From: an uncultured Planctomycetaceae bacterium
GTDB lineage: Bacteria; Planctomycetota; Phycisphaerae; SM23-33
Reading direction: 5' to 3'
Length of the DNA stretch: 55,658 nt
Assembly (NCBI GenBank): GCA_964480425.1
Contig: CAYZPY010000003.1
Coordinates: 1-55,658, forward strand
Numbering within the stretch: position 1 is the first letter of the stretch; each line of letters starts with the position of its first letter. Below, in pieces: positions 52,712 to 55,658 of the stretch. Made by a program: the position numbers and the translations under genes. The notes under the pieces were generated by a model, which saw only the letters and a program-made list of their open reading frames with translations, searched no databases and had not been told where the DNA came from.

Positions 52712-53371
52712 ATGCTTCAGGCGATACTGGGTAAAAAAATCGGCATGACGCAGGTATACGACGACGCCGGGAGACTGCACCCTGTGACCGTCGTACAGGC
52801 CGGTCCCTGTTCCGTCTTGCAGGTCAAGACCGTCCGGACGGACGGCTACGACGCCGTGCAACTCGGCTTCGGGGACGTCAAACCCCACCGCGCCACAAAA
52901 CCACAGATCGCACGCGCCGCAAAGACCAACGTGAAACCGAAAAAATTCATCCGCGAAATACGCCTGCCCGCCGCGCCCGAAGATATCTCGCCCGGACAGG
53001 ACATAACCGTCGAATGCCTCCGGGACGTCTCAAGGGTGGACGTAATCGGAACCACCAAGGGCAAGGGCTTCGCCGGTGTCATGAAGCGGTACGGATTCAA
53101 GGGACAACTCGCCACGCACGGTGTGGAACGAAAACATCGTTCGCCCGGATCCATCGCAGGACACGCCAGCAATCAGGGTAAAAGCGGCGGACTGAAAAAA
53201 GGCAAGCGCATGGCCGGGCATATGGGACACCAAAGAAGAACCTCAAAAAACAACGCGCTGATTAGAATCGATCCGGAAAACAACCTGCTGCTGATTAAGG
53301 GCGCCGTGCCCGGCGCAAACGGCGGGTACCTCGTAATACGTGCGTCCGTCGACCTGGCGGATAAATCCTGA
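52712..53371 (+). CDS. rplC: 50S ribosomal protein L3
   Basis: 219 aa. GKKIGMTQVY and GKGFAGVMKRYGF. Confidence 0.96.
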   Translation: MLQAILGKKIGMTQVYDDAGRLHPVTVVQAGPCSVLQVKTVRTDGYDAVQLGFGDVKPHRATKPQIARAAKTNVKPKKFIREIRLPAAPEDISPGQDITVECLRDVSRVDVIGTTKGKGFAGVMKRYGFKGQLATHGVERKHRSPGSIAGHASNQGKSGGLKKGKRMAGHMGHQRRTSKNNALIRIDPENNLLLIKGAVPGANGGYLVIRASVDLADKS

Positions 53372-53390
53372 ATTGAAAAAACAAAAAGAC

Positions 53391-54020
53391 ATGCTGGAAG
53401 TACCTGTTTACAACATCGAGGGGCGCAAGGTTGACACCTTCAAGGTGGACGACGAGGTGTTCGGCTCGGAGGTGAACGCAGACCTGCTCAAGCAGGCAAT
53501 CGTGGCATACCACGCAAACCGGCACCCCGGAACCGCCAAAACGCGTGGGCGAAGCGACGTAAAGGGCTCCCGGCATAAGATGTTCCGACAGAAAGGAACC
53601 GGATTCGCCCGAAGGGGCGCCAAGAGGGCGAACATCCTGCGGGGCGGCGGCGTGACGTTTGCAAAAAGTCCAAAAACCACCAGGAAGAAATTGCCCCGCA
53701 AGATGAAAAAGGCCGCACTGAAATCGGCCGTGCTGGCAAAGATAATCTCCGGCGACCTGATGGTGCTCGAAGACCTCAGTGTCCACGCACCGAAAACCGC
53801 AACCATAGCCGATATGCTTCGCAAGATGAGCATCGACCGCTCGTGCCTGCTGGCACTGGAAAAGCACGACAAAAACATCTACCTCAGCTCGCGGAACATT
53901 CCGGACCTGGCGGTGTGCGCCGCCGACGAACTGAACGCGTACGACGTGGTCCTTAAGCAAAAATTGGTAATTACCGCAAAGGCCATGGAAGAACTGGTGA
54001 ATCGGAGTTCGAACCGGTGA
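53391..54020 (+). CDS. rplD: 50S ribosomal protein L4
   Basis: MLEVPVYNIEG start at 53391; the ORF extends upstream to 53340. RQKGTGFARRG motif. Confidence 0.94.
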   Translation: MLEVPVYNIEGRKVDTFKVDDEVFGSEVNADLLKQAIVAYHANRHPGTAKTRGRSDVKGSRHKMFRQKGTGFARRGAKRANILRGGGVTFAKSPKTTRKKLPRKMKKAALKSAVLAKIISGDLMVLEDLSVHAPKTATIADMLRKMSIDRSCLLALEKHDKNIYLSSRNIPDLAVCAADELNAYDVVLKQKLVITAKAMEELVNRSSNR

Positions 54021-54304
54021 AGCAAAAAGATATTTACAACGTGATTATAAGGCCTCTGATTACGGAGCAGAGCACGCACCAGTCCTCCGCGTACAACGCA
54101 TACGCGTTCCAGGTCGTACCGGACGCCAACAAGGCCCAGATTAAACAGGCGGTCGAAAACATATACGACGTGAAGGTCGTACAGGTGCGCACGGCCAACC
54201 AGAGCGGCAAACCCCGACGGACCGGGTACCGCTGGGGAAAGACCAAGCACTGGAAAAAGGCCGTCGTCGTACTCCACGAGGACCATCGTATAGACCTGTT
54301 CTGA
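54017..54304 (+). CDS. rplW: 50S ribosomal protein L23
   Basis: The GTG start overlaps the rplD stop (GTGA). 95 aa. VIIRPLITEQS. Confidence 0.93.
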   Translation: MKQKDIYNVIIRPLITEQSTHQSSAYNAYAFQVVPDANKAQIKQAVENIYDVKVVQVRTANQSGKPRRTGYRWGKTKHWKKAVVVLHEDHRIDLF

Positions 54305-54321
54305 CGCAATGATGTGCAGCA

Positions 54322-55170
54322 ATGATTAAGAAATACAACAAAACATCAGCAGGACGCCGTTTCAGCTCGGTTAATATCCGAAAGGAACTGACCGAAGACA
54401 AGCCGGAAAAATCGCTGCTGCGCCCGCTGAAAAAGACCGGCGGTCGGAATCATAAAGGCGTGATAACATCGCGGCACCGCGGTGGCGGACACAAGCGAAG
54501 ATACCGCCTGATAGACTTCAAACGCGACAAGGACGACCAGTCCGCACGCGTGCTGAGCATCCAGTACGACCCCAACCGAACGTGCAACATAGCGCTGGTC
54601 CAATACGAAGACGGCGAGAAAAGATACATCCTTGCCCCACAGCGGTTGAGCGTCGGCGCGCAGATACGCTCCGGCGAACAGGCCGAACCGAGGGTAGGAA
54701 ACTGCATGACGCTTTCGAAAATTCCTGTGGGCATGGAAGTCCACAACATCGAAATGACGCCGGGACGCGGCGGCAGGATGGTCAGGTCCGCCGGCGCCGG
54801 CGCCAGGCTGATGGCCAGGGAAGGCAACTACGCGCAACTGGTCCTGCCCTCCGGCGAGATGCGCATGGTTAACGCCAAGTGCCGCGCCACGATAGGGCGC
54901 CTGGGCAACGTGGACCACGCCGGCGTGCGATGGGGTAAAGCCGGACGTAAAAGGCACATGGGCAAACGCCCGAGGGTTCGCGGTTCGGCGATGAATCCCG
55001 TGGCGCATCCGATGGGCGGCGGCGAAGGAAGAAGGGCCGGCGGAAGACATCCGGTATCTCCGACCGGCAAACTCGCCAAAGGCGGAAAAACACGGAAGAG
55101 AAGAAAAACCTCGAACAAAATGATAATCAGACGCAGGAGAAATGTCCGGGCCGGTCAGACAAAACTGTAA
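54322..55170 (+). CDS. rplB: 50S ribosomal protein L2
   Basis: 282 aa. [19 protein letters not shown] and HPMGGGEGR. Confidence 0.97.
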   Translation: MIKKYNKTSAGRRFSSVNIRKELTEDKPEKSLLRPLKKTGGRNHKGVITSRHRGGGHKRRYRLIDFKRDKDDQSARVLSIQYDPNRTCNIALVQYEDGEKRYILAPQRLSVGAQIRSGEQAEPRVGNCMTLSKIPVGMEVHNIEMTPGRGGRMVRSAGAGARLMAREGNYAQLVLPSGEMRMVNAKCRATIGRLGNVDHAGVRWGKAGRKRHMGKRPRVRGSAMNPVAHPMGGGEGRRAGGRHPVSPTGKLAKGGKTRKRRKTSNKMIIRRRRNVRAGQTKL

Positions 55171-55191
55171 CCGCCCCGGGAGGCATAATCG

Positions 55192-55470
55192 ATGACAAGA
55201 AGCGTAAAAAAAGGTCCGTTCGTAGACGAAAAATTGTTCCGGAAGGTGCAACGGGCAAAGGAAACCGGTAGCAACGAGCCCATTAAAACCTGGGCGCGTG
55301 CGTGCACCATTGTTCCTGAGTTCGTGGGGCACACCTTCATGGTCCACAACGGAAAAACGCACCAGAAAGTGTTCGTATCCGAAGAAATGGTCGGGCACAA
55401 ACTCGGAGAGTTCAGCCCCACGCGAATGTTCCGCGGGCACGGCGGAACCAGGCCCGAAACGAAACGATAA
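55192..55470 (+). CDS. rpsS: 30S ribosomal protein S19
   Basis: 92 aa. [12 protein letters not shown] and [11 protein letters not shown]. Confidence 0.97.
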   Translation: MTRSVKKGPFVDEKLFRKVQRAKETGSNEPIKTWARACTIVPEFVGHTFMVHNGKTHQKVFVSEEMVGHKLGEFSPTRMFRGHGGTRPETKR

Positions 55471-55481
55471 GGATATTTCAG

Positions 55482-55658
55482 ATGCCCTGGCAGGCAAAAC
55501 ACAGATACGCTCGCATAAGCCCGCGCAAGGCCAGACCCGTGGCGAACATGATTCGCGGGCTGGACGTGCAGGACGCGCTGAACATGCTGAAGTTCATGCC
55601 CGAACGGGCCGCCGGTATGATCGCGAAGGTCCTCAACAGCGCCGTGGCCAATGCGGAC
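55482..55658 (+). CDS. rplV: 50S ribosomal protein L22 (5' partial; runs off the window)
   Basis: Translated by hand: [58 protein letters not shown]... It occupies the position after rpsS. Confidence 0.9.
   Translation, partial: MPWQAKHRYARISPRKARPVANMIRGLDVQDALNMLKFMPERAAGMIAKVLNSAVANAD

Overview
This 55.7 kb window (roughly 58-60% GC by eye) is almost fully coding. No rRNA genes or CRISPR arrays were seen. It has three parts.

(1) 1-16.3 kb is a housekeeping and envelope-glycan mix:
- a DUF218 protein;
- cysQ, wecB and a fused ATP sulfurylase/APS kinase;
- a 492-bp internally deleted IS30-family element with 28-bp terminal inverted repeats;
- a TviB/WecC-type sugar dehydrogenase, then purD;
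- a pyrR-pyrB-pyrC operon that ends in a stand-alone PilZ gene;
- two SDR epimerase/dehydratases, a radical SAM/SPASM enzyme, a nitroreductase and hemC.

(2) 16.7-35.1 kb is an 18 kb co-directional type IV filament locus, and it is the most interesting part of the window. It encodes six prepilin-type proteins, PilM/N/O, a GspB/PilP-like protein, a secretin, a TPR lipoprotein, a GspE/MshE-type ATPase and a GspF/PilC platform. It mixes T2SS-like pseudopilins with a T4aP/MSHA-like alignment complex and gene order. A four-gene signalling cassette splits it between the outer-membrane and inner-membrane modules: a PAS histidine kinase, a receiver, a PocR-like/GAF/HD-GYP protein and a STAS protein. 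The ATPase N-terminus matches the MshEN-type c-di-GMP-binding motif. No prepilin peptidase or retraction ATPase lies in the window.

(3) 35.2-55.7 kb is one uninterrupted translation/transcription supercluster: tRNA-Thr, tuf, rpmG, tRNA-Trp, secE, nusG, rplKAJL, rpoBC, rpsLG, fusA, rpsJ, rplCDWB, rpsS and rplV (partial). There is no tuf after fusA. That order, plus the abundance of prepilin-type genes, is compatible with a PVC-superphylum genome, but this is inference only.

Other oddities are detailed in the findings:
- a 13-nt perfect anti-SD complement that opens a 48-codon leader ORF coupled to the first pilin;
- an EF-hand loop and a poly-Asp tract in adjacent minor pilins;
- a 17-bp tandem duplication that creates the secE stop codon;
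- a roughly 59-aa Lys/Glu-rich N-terminal extension on L7/L12;
- a shared AT-rich word family in three intergenic spacers of the sulfur/glycan block.
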